A stretch of DNA of 64,000 bases from Myxococcales bacterium (lineage in GTDB: Bacteria; Myxococcota_A; Bradymonadia; Bradymonadales; Bradymonadaceae), in assembly GCA_007135085.1 (NCBI GenBank), contig SLJM01000154.1, positions 293 to 64,292 on the forward strand, written 5' to 3'. The number at the start of each line of letters is the position of its first letter. The stretch's first letter is position 1. Shown piece after piece: positions 1 through 10,310 of this stretch. The translations under genes and the position numbers were made by a program. The notes under the pieces are model-generated. The model made no database searches and was not told the origin of the DNA. It saw only the letters and a list, made by a program, of their open reading frames with translations.

Positions 1-2400
1 GTAGATGATGTTGTGAGTCAAGATCTGGACACCGTATTTGTCGGCCACTTCCGCTGCCCGAGAGTCGGGTCGCACGTTAAAGCCAACGATCACCGCGCCG
101 GTCTCCGAGGAGGCCGCCAGGTTGACGTCGTTTTCAGTAATCCCGCCCACACCGGTATGGATGATGCTGGTGCGCACTTCGTCGTTGCCGATCTTGGCAA
201 ATGCCTCCCGGAGAGCTTCCACCGAGCCCTGCACATCACCTTTGATGATGATTTTTAGCTCTTTCATCTCTCCTTCGCGAATCATCTGCGAAAGATCTTC
301 CAGGCTACCCGCTGCCTCTTTGGCACGGCTGGCCATGGTCTCTTTTCGACGCTGTTCGGCGACGTGCTCGGTGATCCGCTTGGCGTCGCGCTCTTCCTCA
401 ACCACGAAGAAGGGCTCTCCAGCTTCGGGAATACCGTTGAGACCGGTGATCTCCACCGGCTTGCTCGGGCCCGCCGTATGAATCTCGCGACCTCGGTCAT
501 CATGCATGGTCCGCACACGTCCGAAATAGCGACCGCTGACGATAATATCACCGGGCTCCAGAGTGCCTCGCTGCACGAGCACCGTCGTGACCGGACCTCG
601 ACCAATATCGAGCTCCGCTTCGATGACCAGACCCTGGGCGCGCCGATCGGGATTTGCTTTGAGCTCCTGAAGCTCTGACTGCAAGGCCAGCACTTCCAGA
701 AGACCGTCGATATTGGTCTCTTGCAGGGCGCTCACTTCCACAAATAGGGTGGTTCCACCCCACTCCTCGGGGATCAATTCGTATTCGGCCAGCGCCGTCT
801 TGACTCGATCCGAGTTGGCCGTGGGTTTGTCGATCTTGTTGACCGCCACCACGATGGGCACTTCTGCAGCCCGGGCGTGGTTGATGGCCTCCACCGTCTG
901 GGGCATGACACCATCGTCGGCGGCCACCACCAGGACCACGATATCCGTGGCCAGGGCTCCGCGCATACGCAGCGCCGTAAACGCCTCGTGACCGGGAGTG
1001 TCCAAGAAGGTGATCACCCCGGCCTCGGTCTCCACCATATAGGCGCCGATATGCTGGGTGATTCCCCCGGCTTCGCCGACGGTGACCGTCGAGGCACGAA
1101 TGGCGTCGAGAAGCGACGTCTTTCCGTGGTCGACGTGACCCATGACGGTGACCACCGGAGCTCGCGGCTTGAGATCTTCTTCCGGATCGGGATCGGTGTC
1201 GTAGAAATTGCTGATGTCGAAGGCCACGTTTTCGACGGTATAGTCGAACTCGTCGGCGATCAGGGTGGCCGTCTCGTAGTCCAGGGTGGTGTTGACCGTG
1301 GCCATCATGCCCATCTCGAGCAACTTCATGGCCACCTTACCGGACTTGACACCCATCTCGTGGGCCAGGTCGCCAACGGTGATGACGTCTTCGATTCGGA
1401 TGATACGCTTGTGCTCTGCGGCCTCCGTAATCTCTGTCTTCTGCGGCCTTGACTTGCGGCCTTTCTTCTTTCGGCTTTGCCGGTGGCTGCGCCGCGACTT
1501 CGCATCATAGAGATCGGAGCCCTCGACGACCCGCTTGGTGCGGCCCCGGCGATGGCTGGACTTGCGCTCGTCTTTCTTTGCCCGCTTCTTGCGTCGCGAC
1601 GGCCCTGGCGAAAAGTCCTTTTCTTCGGCGGCGAGGCGATCCTTTAGGACCTGCTCGTTGATCCGGCCCACCACCTTGGCGCCGCCCTTCTTCTTCTCTT
1701 TTTTGGGCTTCGGCGCTGCCTGAGGAGCCGGCGTGGGCTCCTGGGGCTTCTCTTCTTTAGCAGCCTCTTCTTCGGCCACCTCTTCTTCCTGGGCTGCCTC
1801 GGCGGCTTCGCCCTCGTCTTCAGCCGCTTCCACCTCTTCTTCGGCCACTTCTTCAGCTTCCTCGACCTCTTCGGCCGCAGCAGCCTCGACCTCTTCCGCT
1901 TCTTTCTGGGCCGGAGCAGCTTCGGCTACCTCTTCGGCAGCCTCCTCTTCTTCCGGGACCTCTTCTGCAGGGGCGGCCTCCACCTCTTCGGCTGGCGCCT
2001 CCTCTTCGGCTTCCACCGCTTCTTCGACGACCTCCGGCTCGGGGGTCACCTTACGCCGGCGCAGCACGCGGGGTCCCACGCGCTCCACCTCATCGTCGGC
2101 ACCGGCTTCGGCCTCCTCTGGCTCGGGAGCTGCCTTGCGGCGGCGTCGGCGCAGCATGGTCGGCCCCACACCGTCTTCACCGTCGGTGGGCGCAGCCTTT
2201 TTGGGCGCCTTTTTCTTCTTCTTGGCCCCCTTGGAATCGGTCTCGAGTGCCTTGGTCACAGCACTCACCTCATCGGGACTCAACACCGTCATATAGTTGC
2301 CGACGGAGATATCCAGATCGAGGCTGTTGATCTTGCTGACCAACTCCTGCTTGTTGATATCCAGCTCTTTGGCCAGTTCGTATACACGTCTCTTCGGCAT
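1..2400 (-). CDS. infB: translation initiation factor IF-2, 3' end runs off the window
   Basis: Not in the ORF track because no stop lies in the window. The reverse complement from ATG at 2400-2398 reads [45 protein letters not shown]. The G1 motif [19 protein letters not shown] is encoded near 1100-1150. The reverse complement of bases 1-60 reads ...[11 protein letters not shown], typical of the IF-2 C-terminal domain. A GGAGAA RBS precedes the start. Confidence 0.95.
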   Translation of the reverse strand, partial: MPKRRVYELAKELDINKQELVSKINSLDLDISVGNYMTVLSPDEVSAVTKALETDSKGAKKKKKAPKKAAPTDGEDGVGPTMLRRRRRKAAPEPEEAEAGADDEVERVGPRVLRRRKVTPEPEVVEEAVEAEEEAPAEEVEAAPAEEVPEEEEAAEEVAEAAPAQKEAEEVEAAAAEEVEEAEEVAEEEVEAAEDEGEAAEAAQEEEVAEEEAAKEEKPQEPTPAPQAAPKPKKEKKKGGAKVVGRINEQVLKDRLAAEEKDFSPGPSRRKKRAKKDERKSSHRRGRTKRVVEGSDLYDAKSRRSHRQSRKKKGRKSRPQKTEITEAAEHKRIIRIEDVITVGDLAHEMGVKSGKVAMKLLEMGMMATVNTTLDYETATLIADEFDYTVENVAFDISNFYDTDPDPEEDLKPRAPVVTVMGHVDHGKTSLLDAIRASTVTVGEAGGITQHIGAYMVETEAGVITFLDTPGHEAFTALRMRGALATDIVVLVVAADDGVMPQTVEAINHARAAEVPIVVAVNKIDKPTANSDRVKTALAEYELIPEEWGGTTLFVEVSALQETNIDGLLEVLALQSELQELKANPDRRAQGLVIEAELDIGRGPVTTVLVQRGTLEPGDIIVSGRYFGRVRTMHDDRGREIHTAGPSKPVEITGLNGIPEAGEPFFVVEEERDAKRITEHVAEQRRKETMASRAKEAAGSLEDLSQMIREGEMKELKIIIKGDVQGSVEALREAFAKIGNDEVRTSIIHTGVGGITENDVNLAASSETGAVIVGFNVRPDSRAAEVADKYGVQILTHNIIY

Positions 2401-2765
2401 GTGTTCTCCACTCTATTCGCCGAGCTTGCATGACTCTGGCGAACGTGTTCCCTGATCTCTCGGCGCGACCGGCTCTTTTGCGTTATCCGGCTTCACGTCG
2501 ATCCACCTCGTGGGTGGCTCAAATTTCGCGCGTTCATCGCGCCACGACCACCACCGGCGGTCGCCGTTGCTTACTCCAAAATCCAGTCTTACTTCAACCA
2601 TCATCCCCGCAGGGTTGAAATGCTGCGCCATCCATCGATGCCGACGAATGGAGGCAGTCGCTCCGCTTCTTCTACGTCGTCGCTACGTGTGACAGGGCGA
2701 TGAAATTCCCTGACCTCACAGTGGCGTCCGACTCACGGAGCAACTACCTGGCCACACCTATAGCC

Positions 2766-4535
2766 TCAGGCGTCTTCCTCTTCTTTTGCTGCCTCATCGT
2801 CGTCTGAGTCGGCGCTTTCATCCTGCGCCTCTTCGGCCTCTGGTTCTTCCTGGGCCTCTTCAGACTCCTCCGAGTCAGGTTCTTCCACTTCCTCTTTTGC
2901 CTCGGCCTGTTCAGCTTCCTCGGCCTTGGCCTCTTCCAGGGATTTGAAGAACTCCTTTTTGTGCTCTTCGAATCCCTCGTCGTCGAGGTCGTGTTCGCTC
3001 TTATAGGTCTCGACGGCGGCCCGCAGAATCTGAGAGGCCTTCTTGACGTTCGGCCCCAGACCAGCAGCTTGCGCCAGGGTCTCGGCGTCGTCTTCGAAGA
3101 CCACGTGCTCCACGGTGGTATAACCTGAGTCGTACAAATTGGCCGCCACCTTGGCGCCGACCCCTTTGATCTCCTCCAGGTCCTTGCGAGCATAATCGGC
3201 CTCGGTCATCGCCTCTGGCGAACCCGGTGCCGGGCGGGCCAAAATATCTTCGGCGGCGGCGATAATCTTCTGTGCCGACTCGCCGTCGAGCCCTGGAATC
3301 TGGGCCAGCTCTTCGGCCGCTGCATGGGCCATATGCTCCAATTTGTTGTAGCCCAGCGTAAACAGGGTATCCACCATATCCTCGGTGATGCCCTCGAACT
3401 CCAACAGATTCTCCCGGGACTCGGCCATCATATTCTTGAGCCGGGTCTCGGAGATGATATCCAGGTTCCAGCCCGTCAACTGCGCGGCGAGCCGCACGTT
3501 CTGGCCGCCGCGACCGATGGCCAGGCTCAACTGATCGTCTGGGACGATGAGCTCCATCGTCATATTCGACTCGTCGATCAAGACCTTGTGAACCTCGGCG
3601 GGGCTGATGGCATTACAGACGAAGCGGGCCGTATCTTCCACGTAGGGCACGATATCGATCTTTTCGCCTCGCAACTCCTGGACCACCGCCTGAACTCGCG
3701 ACCCCCTCATTCCCACACAGGCGCCCACGGGATCGACATCGCTATCGCGACTATAAACGGCCACTTTGCTTCGCACCCCGGGCTCTCTGGCCACGGCGAC
3801 GATGCGCACCGTCCCCTCATGAATCTCGGGTACCTCCTGCTCGAACAGCTTGATCAAAAGCATGGGATCGGCGCGCGTTAAGACAACCTGAGGATCGCGA
3901 CTCGATCGCTTGACTTCCTTGATCATGGCCTGCAGTCGGTCCCCGGGACGGTAACTCTCACGCGGGGTTTGCTCCCGTCGGGGCAGGATGGCGTCCGTAC
4001 GGCCCAGGTCGACGATGATATTGCCTTTTTCAAAGCGCCGAACCCGACCGATGACCATATCGCCAACGGTATCTTTATATTCTTCGTAGATGATATCTCT
4101 TTCGGCCTCACGCACCCGCTGGATGATGACCTGCTTGGCCGTCTGGGCGGCGATCCGACCGAAGGTCTTGGACGCCGACTCCAGCTTGGTCAGCTCGCCA
4201 TAGCGCTCATCCTGGGCCTGGGCTTTGTCCTGATCTTCCTCGCGATAGAAGATCTGAAACAACAGCTCTTCGCCGGGAAACGCCTCAAAGCCCGCCTCTT
4301 CGACCTCGTCGACCGAGACTTCGCGATAGGGATTTTCCACCTCGTCGGTGACCGTGATGATCTGGAAGAGTTCGACCTGGCCGGACTCCTCGTTGAACTC
4401 GGCCTCGATCTCACGCTGAGCACCATAGGTGCGGCGGGCAGCCGTCAAAATGGCCGCCTCCAACGTTTCGATGAGAATCGAGCGATCGATTCCTTTGGTT
4501 CTACCGACTTCGTCGATGACACTGTTGAGATTCAT
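2766..4535 (-). CDS. nusA: transcription termination/antitermination factor NusA with C-terminal HhH repeats and a ~60-aa poly-acidic tail
   Basis: 589 aa. N-terminus [31 protein letters not shown]1/KH region [16 protein letters not shown] and [21 protein letters not shown]. Its start overlaps the rimP stop (ATGA at 4532-4535). Confidence 0.95.
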   Translation of the reverse strand: MNLNSVIDEVGRTKGIDRSILIETLEAAILTAARRTYGAQREIEAEFNEESGQVELFQIITVTDEVENPYREVSVDEVEEAGFEAFPGEELLFQIFYREEDQDKAQAQDERYGELTKLESASKTFGRIAAQTAKQVIIQRVREAERDIIYEEYKDTVGDMVIGRVRRFEKGNIIVDLGRTDAILPRREQTPRESYRPGDRLQAMIKEVKRSSRDPQVVLTRADPMLLIKLFEQEVPEIHEGTVRIVAVAREPGVRSKVAVYSRDSDVDPVGACVGMRGSRVQAVVQELRGEKIDIVPYVEDTARFVCNAISPAEVHKVLIDESNMTMELIVPDDQLSLAIGRGGQNVRLAAQLTGWNLDIISETRLKNMMAESRENLLEFEGITEDMVDTLFTLGYNKLEHMAHAAAEELAQIPGLDGESAQKIIAAAEDILARPAPGSPEAMTEADYARKDLEEIKGVGAKVAANLYDSGYTTVEHVVFEDDAETLAQAAGLGPNVKKASQILRAAVETYKSEHDLDDEGFEEHKKEFFKSLEEAKAEEAEQAEAKEEVEEPDSEESEEAQEEPEAEEAQDESADSDDDEAAKEEEDA

Positions 4536-5149
4536 CGGTTTTTACTCTCTTTTGAAAAGTCGAACTTCAACTTCGCCCGCGCCACGTCGTCCCAGTCGAT
4601 CTCGAAGATCTCTTCGTCGATTTCGACAGTGAGCACGCCGTCGTCATGGGATACCAGGCGGCCGACCACCTTATTCTTTCCTTTCACAGGCTCGCGCAGC
4701 ACCAACTCCACATCGTGGTCCACCACGCGCTGGAGATGAGCAGCGTTCTTCAGCGGCCTTTCGATGCCGGGGCTCGACACCTCCAGGACATAGACCTCGG
4801 GCACCCGCTCGTCAGCATCGAAAAGAGCCTCTAGATAGCGGCTAATCTCGGCACATTGACTGACATTGATGCCCTCTCCCGGTTCGGCGCCGGGACGGTC
4901 GACGTAGACCCGCACGATCCAGCGGCCCTGCACCAAAAATTCGACGTCCCACACATATAACCCGTGGACCTCGGCCGCTTCCTCGGCCCATCCATGAATT
5001 TCTTCACGGAGTTCCGGGGTCAGCGGTTTCGACGGTGTCGTCGACTTCTGATGTTGGCGGCGTCGCCCTTTTCTCTTTCGACCCACGTGCGGTGCCTCTT
5101 CCTCTAGCCTGCGTCTGTCTCGACGCCAGATGACCTTCATTTCGGCCAT
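4532..5149 (-). CDS. rimP: ribosome maturation factor RimP (start uncertain)
   Basis: The core sequence EEAAEVHGLYVWDVEFLVQGRWIVRVYVDRP...LEVSSPGIERPL is RimP-like, and the gene sits in the conserved rimP-nusA-infB order. I trimmed the ORF-track start (5320) to ATG 5149. A GTG further in, preceded by GAGGAAGAGG, is an alternative start. Confidence 0.8.
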   Translation of the reverse strand: MAEMKVIWRRDRRRLEEEAPHVGRKRKGRRRQHQKSTTPSKPLTPELREEIHGWAEEAAEVHGLYVWDVEFLVQGRWIVRVYVDRPGAEPGEGINVSQCAEISRYLEALFDADERVPEVYVLEVSSPGIERPLKNAAHLQRVVDHDVELVLREPVKGKNKVVGRLVSHDDGVLTVEIDEEIFEIDWDDVARAKLKFDFSKESKNR

Positions 5150-5160
5150 GGCTGAACAAC

Positions 5161-5187
5161 AAAAAAAGCGGGCTTTCCAGGGCCCAC
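5161..5187 (-). terminator. terminator-like hairpin plus U7 tract in the rimP-nusA-infB leader
   Basis: The minus strand reads GTGGGC-CCTGGAAA-GCCCGC followed by TTTTTTT. The structure ends 12 nt before the rimP ATG. Confidence 0.3.
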
Positions 5188-5440
5188 TTTCGCTTACTTC
5201 GCGAAATGTAGCGAAACGTCGGTGATTAGATCCGACGTCGCCCGGAACATCTCGACCTTCTTCAACATTCAAAATCTGTCGAGATGACCTGACCGGTGCT
5301 TCTTCAATGAGACGAACCAACGCGATGGCGCAATTCTTCCCCAGAAGGTACCGGCGACGCCCTGACTACTAATCAACCGCCTCTGGGCTGTCAAGTGGTT
5401 CCTACTTGTCGGTGGCCCCGGCGATCGCCGTCTCCACACC

Positions 5441-5468
5441 TTGACAGGGGCAGAGGTGGGCCTAACCC
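5441..5468 (+). promoter_or_regulatory. possible sigma70-type promoter (TTGACA -35, weak -10)
   Basis: TTGACA at 5441-5446, 16 nt spacer, then TAACCC at 5463-5468. The 13-mer TTGACAGGGGCAG is identical to the -35 region of the tRNA-Val promoter at 41379-41391 (minus strand). Confidence 0.25.
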
Positions 5469-5501
5469 TCCCATATCGATACCCATCCCCGGAGGTTGAC
5501 C

Positions 5502-6368
5502 ATGCGCTGTGCCCTCATCCAATTGAGCTCCACTAAAGAGATCGACCATAACCTGCAGGTCTGCAGGGACCTGGCTGAAGAGGCCCGCCAGACCGGGGCC
5601 CGGTGGATATTATTTCCCGAAAACGCTCCCTTTCTGGGTCGCGATCGCGACAAAATCCCGATCGCCGAAAACCTGGACGGCCCCATGGTCGGCGCCTATC
5701 GCCAGATGGCCCGCGATCTCGACGCCTGGATCACTGTGGGAAGTTTTCCCGAAAAATCCCCGGATCCCCAGCGCACCTATAACACCCAGGTCCAGATCAA
5801 CCCCGACGGATCCATCGCTGCCGTCTATCGCAAGATCCATCTCTTCGACGTGGCCCTCGACGAGGCGGTCAACTTCATGGAGTCCCACAGCGTCTTTCCC
5901 GGACGGGAAGTGGCCACCGCCGAGATCGAAGAAGAGGGGCGAGTCCACAAAGTGGGCCTGACGATCTGTTATGACCTTCGCTTCCCAGAATTATATCGAG
6001 CACTCCAAAAGCGGGGGGTCCAGGTCTTGACCGTGCCCTCGGCGTTCACATTGTCCACAGGCCACGCTCACTGGCACGCACTAATTCGCGCCCGAGCCAT
6101 CGAGAACCAATGTTACGTACTGGCCCCCAACCAATGGGGCCACCACTACGGAAATCGCCATTCCTTCGGCCAATCGACGATCTACGACCCCTGGGGACGC
6201 TGCGTGGCCTGCGCCAGCGACCGCGTCGGCTTCGTCATCGCCGAGCTCGACTTTGACTACCTCTCGGAAATTCGACGGGCCATGCCCGTGTTGAGTCACC
6301 GCTGCATCTCCGAGCTCGACGGAGCCATCCCGGTCGCCGTCGATGAGGACAGGTCGAGTTCCGATTGA
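5502..6368 (+). CDS. carbon-nitrogen hydrolase family protein (nitrilase/omega-amidase-like)
   Basis: Glu-Lys-Cys triad contexts are present: ILFPEN, YRKIHLF and LTICYDLRFPE. A GGAGG RBS lies 6 nt before ATG 5502; the ORF-track start at 5496 is a TTG. Confidence 0.85.
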   Translation: MRCALIQLSSTKEIDHNLQVCRDLAEEARQTGARWILFPENAPFLGRDRDKIPIAENLDGPMVGAYRQMARDLDAWITVGSFPEKSPDPQRTYNTQVQINPDGSIAAVYRKIHLFDVALDEAVNFMESHSVFPGREVATAEIEEEGRVHKVGLTICYDLRFPELYRALQKRGVQVLTVPSAFTLSTGHAHWHALIRARAIENQCYVLAPNQWGHHYGNRHSFGQSTIYDPWGRCVACASDRVGFVIAELDFDYLSEIRRAMPVLSHRCISELDGAIPVAVDEDRSSSD

Positions 6369-6486
6369 CGTCCCGGAGAACAGATCGCTATCTAGTGCCC
6401 AGTAGTTTTTCGTGCCCCGATCGGTTATGCCCCACTCCAACCAGCCCATCCACAGCATCGGCCCCCCCTGATGGCGAGCAGATAAA

Positions 6487-7320
6487 ATGGCGTTTTTATT
6501 ACAGATTTTAGAGGCGGGACTCCCACTGTCGTATGCGGCGATCTTCGTGCTCTATCTGCGTCATTTCCTCAAACCCGGGGGCCATGAAGCCGATCGCCCT
6601 TTTCTGGGCTCTCAACTGCTCTACGGCACTCTTGGAGTACACCTGGCCTATCTGGGTCTTCTGAGTTACCAGGTCGATCACCTTCCGGTGGCCTCGCGAG
6701 CTGAATTTTTATCGGTCCTCGCCCTGTGCATCGGCCTGGTCTATGCCTTCGTGGAGCGCAAACACCGCGACGCCAATACGGGGGTCTTCTTTTTGCCCCT
6801 GATCATCGGCGCTCAGGGCTGGTCCTCCCTGTTGATGGACCCCTCGGCGCCCCACTCCATTCTGGAGGCCAACCCGGTCTACGGGATCCACGTCATCTTT
6901 ATGGTCTTTGGGTTTACGGCGCTGGCGGTCAGCGCTCTCTACGCTCTGATGTATATCCTGCTCGCCAGGCAGCTCAAATCCCATCAATTGGGACTCATCT
7001 TCCGACAACTTCCGGCGCTGAATATCCTGGAGAAGATGAGCCGTCTGGCCACCCTATGCGGCATCATCCTCCTCGGGCTGGGGCTGGGCATCGGCCATTA
7101 TCTGGCGATGTACGTCCTGGAGAATTTCAACTTCTTCGACCCCAAAATCGTCATCACTTACGTGGCCTGGGCGACCTACGCCGTGGGTTATCTGGTGGTC
7201 AAGACCAAGGGGATCTCAGGCCTTCGAATGGGCTATCTGTCGCTGGGCGGCTACCTGGCGCTCATCACCTCCATGGTCGTCGTCAACACCTTTTTGTCCA
7301 CCTTCCACTCCTTTCAATAA
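6487..7320 (+). CDS. HemX/CcsA-family polytopic membrane protein (cytochrome c assembly-like)
   Basis: 277 aa with about 8 hydrophobic segments. It has a CcsA-like C-terminal region (DPKIVITYVAWATYAVGYL). It ends 3 nt before hemA, the same pairing as in the Bacillus hemAXCDBL operon. Confidence 0.7.
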   Translation: MAFLLQILEAGLPLSYAAIFVLYLRHFLKPGGHEADRPFLGSQLLYGTLGVHLAYLGLLSYQVDHLPVASRAEFLSVLALCIGLVYAFVERKHRDANTGVFFLPLIIGAQGWSSLLMDPSAPHSILEANPVYGIHVIFMVFGFTALAVSALYALMYILLARQLKSHQLGLIFRQLPALNILEKMSRLATLCGIILLGLGLGIGHYLAMYVLENFNFFDPKIVITYVAWATYAVGYLVVKTKGISGLRMGYLSLGGYLALITSMVVVNTFLSTFHSFQ

Positions 7321-7323
7321 GAC

Positions 7324-8610
7324 ATGGCCTTGCAAAGATTGACCGCCATATCTTTCAGTCACCGCAATACGGGACTGGATGAACGGGATGCCCTGGCCTT
7401 CGGGGAGGAGGATATCCGTCACTTCGTCGACGCCTGTCATAGCGATTGGCTGAGCGAAGCCGCCGTCCTTTCAACGTGCAACCGCACCGAATTTTACCTC
7501 TGGGGGCCCTCCGGAGACGATCTGTGGCCCGAGCTTGCGAAGCTGGTCGCCCGGCTGCGCTCCATGGCCCCCGAAGACATGCCCGCTCCCGACGTGTACT
7601 TCGACGCCGCGGCGGCGCGACATCTATTCCGGGTAGCGGCCTCCCTGGAATCGCTGGCCCTGGGCGAAAACGAAATTCTGGGTCAGATCAAAGATACGCA
7701 CGAACAGATCCTCAACGGGCCCCATAAATTGCCCGTCCTCGATCAGCTCTTCCAATTCGCCATCCGCGCCGGCAAACGAGTGCGCACCGAGACATCCCTC
7801 TGCGAAGGGGTCGTCTCCATCGCGTCGGCGGCGGTCAATCTGGCGACCAAGATCTTCAGCGATTTCAAATCCCGACAGGTCCTCATCGTCGGCGCCGGCG
7901 AGACCGCCGAGACCACGGCCATGCACTTTTCATCCTGCGGGGCCGAGCGCTTCGTCGTGCTCAACCGCAGCGAGGAACGGGGCCAGCGCCTGGCCGCCGA
8001 TATTGGCGGGGCCTACCGCCCCTTAGACACCCTGGTCGACGCCTGCGCCACCGCCGACGTGGCCGTCTTCGCCACCGGCTCGCCGACCCATCTCATCTCC
8101 TATGAGTCGATGAAAGGGGTGATGAAGGCCCGTCATCACCGGCCGATCTTTTTGATCGACATCTCCAATCCCCGAAACGTGGACCCCGAGATCGCCCGCC
8201 TGGACAGCGCTTTTTTATATAATATCGACGACCTCCAGCAGGTCGTAAAGGCCAACCTCTCATCCCGCAAAGGGGAGATTCCCGCTGCCGAGATCATCGT
8301 CACCGAGACCGTGGACTCCTGGCAGAATTGGCAAAAATCGATGCAGGTGACACCGACCATCGCCTCATTGGCCAAATACTTCGAGGAAGTGCGAAGTCAG
8401 GAATTGGATCGTCAATATAACGGCATCTCCGAGGAACAACGAAAGATGCTCGATGACTTCTCCCGGGGATTGGTCAAAAAATTGCTCCATAACCCGATCA
8501 TGTATCTGCGCAGCTCCGTGGCTGATAATTCGCTGAGCACCGACGATTTACATCTCGTGCGCTCCCTCTATGACCTGGACGACCGGAAAGAGAAGAACGA
8601 TGAATCTTAA
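7324..8610 (+). CDS. hemA: glutamyl-tRNA reductase
   Basis: Catalytic-Cys motif LSTCNRTEFY, NADPH-binding VLIVGAGETAE, 428 aa. Confidence 0.95.
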   Translation: MALQRLTAISFSHRNTGLDERDALAFGEEDIRHFVDACHSDWLSEAAVLSTCNRTEFYLWGPSGDDLWPELAKLVARLRSMAPEDMPAPDVYFDAAAARHLFRVAASLESLALGENEILGQIKDTHEQILNGPHKLPVLDQLFQFAIRAGKRVRTETSLCEGVVSIASAAVNLATKIFSDFKSRQVLIVGAGETAETTAMHFSSCGAERFVVLNRSEERGQRLAADIGGAYRPLDTLVDACATADVAVFATGSPTHLISYESMKGVMKARHHRPIFLIDISNPRNVDPEIARLDSAFLYNIDDLQQVVKANLSSRKGEIPAAEIIVTETVDSWQNWQKSMQVTPTIASLAKYFEEVRSQELDRQYNGISEEQRKMLDDFSRGLVKKLLHNPIMYLRSSVADNSLSTDDLHLVRSLYDLDDRKEKNDES

Positions 8611-9511
8611 GCTCGGATCTCGAAAATCTAGACTGGCCATGTGGCAAACCCATCGCATCGCAGACCTCCTCGCCGAGGCTCATCCAGACATCGAGGTCTC
8701 CATCGTCACCATGGACACCACCGGCGACCGCCGCGGTGATGAGCCCCTGCCGGCTATCGGCGCCAAGGGGCTGTTTACGGCGGAGCTCGAAGAGGCCCTG
8801 CTAAACGACACCATCGACGTGGCCGTGCACTCTCTAAAAGATCTCCCCTCACAGCTTCCCCAGGGACTTCGCTACGGGGGCTCGCCGAAGCGAGCGGCGG
8901 CGACCGACTCCTTTATCTCCACCCGCTGGAGTGACCTCGACGAACTTCCCGCCCAGGCCACGATCGCCACGGGAAGCCAGCGCCGCCGGGCTCAACTGCT
9001 GGCCGACCGACCGGGGCTGGAGATGACGAACCTGCGGGGCAATATCGGCACCCGGCTTCGAAAGCTCGACGAGCAGGGCTTTGACGGCATCATCATGGCC
9101 ACGGCCGCTCTGGAGCGCCTGGAGATGACCGATCAGATCACCACCGAGCTCGATCCCTCCCGTTACGTGCCCGCCGTGGGACAGGGAGCGATCGGCCTGG
9201 AGATTCGAGAGGGTCGCCAGGACATCGAATCCATCCTGGCCCCGATCCTGGACCAGACCACGGTCAAAGCGGTGAGCGCCGAGCGAATCTTCATGCGTCG
9301 ACTCGAAGGAGGTTGCTCTGTGGCTCTTGGCGCTTACTGTCGCCCCGTCGACGAGACGGGTGCCTCCTGGGAGTTCTTCGGTTGGGCCTCCTCCACCGAC
9401 GGCCAGCAGGTGATCCATGAATCCGCCACCGGGCCCGATCCGGACGCCCTGGCCGAGGCGATGGTCGAAGAGTTCTTGGCCGCCGGCGCCAAAGAGATCT
9501 TGTCGACATGA
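8600..9511 (+). CDS. hemC: hydroxymethylbilane synthase (porphobilinogen deaminase)
   Basis: MNLKLGSRKSRLAMWQT..., cofactor-Cys context LEGGCSVALGAY. ATG 8600 overlaps the hemA stop by 11 nt. Confidence 0.95.
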   Translation: MNLKLGSRKSRLAMWQTHRIADLLAEAHPDIEVSIVTMDTTGDRRGDEPLPAIGAKGLFTAELEEALLNDTIDVAVHSLKDLPSQLPQGLRYGGSPKRAAATDSFISTRWSDLDELPAQATIATGSQRRRAQLLADRPGLEMTNLRGNIGTRLRKLDEQGFDGIIMATAALERLEMTDQITTELDPSRYVPAVGQGAIGLEIREGRQDIESILAPILDQTTVKAVSAERIFMRRLEGGCSVALGAYCRPVDETGASWEFFGWASSTDGQQVIHESATGPDPDALAEAMVEEFLAAGAKEILST

Positions 9512-9544
9512 ACAGTCGCCTCGCCAGACCAATCAGTTCTTGCA

Positions 9545-10294
9545 GTGGACGTCACGACCATGGGCACCGAGCCAATTCGCATCCTCGACACGGGCACCCG
9601 TCGTTGTGAGACCATTCCCGACGGGGTGGAGCTGCGCCATGAACCGGCCCTGCTCCGCGAGGCGCTCGACGTGGACGCCGCCGCCGTGGGCCGGCGCCTG
9701 CGCCAGCCCCACCACCTGGTCTTCTACAGCCACTTCGCCGTGGCCACCGTGGCCTCCAGGTCGCTCATCTCCGAGCCCGAACGCCATCGGTTCTGGGCCG
9801 TCGGCCAGCGCACCGCCCAGGCCCTGGCCGATCGCTATGGAATCACCCCGTCATTTCCCGATGACCAATGCTTCCAGGGACTGATCGAGTCGCTGAGCGA
9901 GCGGGCCGAGCCCCTGCCACTGCTGGCCTTCGGCCTGAAGGGACAGCTCCGCGATCTGAGCCCCCTGGCCCGGCGCTGGGACGTTGCGTTCACGTCGATT
10001 CCGGTCTACGCCTCGGTGGCCGCCGAGGGGAGCACCCTTCGCCGAGCCTTTGACGAGGTTCGCCCCCATTGGCTGGCCCTGACCAGCGCCCGAGGTGCCC
10101 AGTCGGTGGCCGACGCCGTGGGCCGAGAAAAGTTGCACCGTCTCCAATCGTCGGAGGAGCTGCGCATCGCTGCCATCGGCCTCTCCACGGCGGCCCGCGT
10201 CGAGGAGTTGGGGCTTCGCGCCGACTTGATCCCTCCTTCGCCGGACCGATCAAAAATGCTCTTTGCCATCGCTCAAACGTCGAAATTGACCTGA
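9545..10294 (+). CDS. hemD: uroporphyrinogen-III synthase (start GTG 9545 or ATG 9560)
   Basis: HEM4-like pattern (WAVGQRTAQAL, LTSARGAQSV, IAAIGLSTAARV) and position between hemC and hemE. Confidence 0.8.
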   Translation: MDVTTMGTEPIRILDTGTRRCETIPDGVELRHEPALLREALDVDAAAVGRRLRQPHHLVFYSHFAVATVASRSLISEPERHRFWAVGQRTAQALADRYGITPSFPDDQCFQGLIESLSERAEPLPLLAFGLKGQLRDLSPLARRWDVAFTSIPVYASVAAEGSTLRRAFDEVRPHWLALTSARGAQSVADAVGREKLHRLQSSEELRIAAIGLSTAARVEELGLRADLIPPSPDRSKMLFAIAQTSKLT

Positions 10295-10310
10295 CCAGGA
10301 AAGTTCACCC

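Noticed and set aside
4532-5320. ORF-track N-terminal extensions here and at 19522-23097, 26238-27236, 47046-48113, 43926-44708, 53027-54679, 17222-17935, 24713-25342 and 32088-33332.
   Set aside because: The extensions start at alternative codons or overlap the upstream gene, and they lack an RBS. Internal starts with Shine-Dalgarno sequences and/or signal peptides give family-typical N-termini. Several of these starts remain uncertain.
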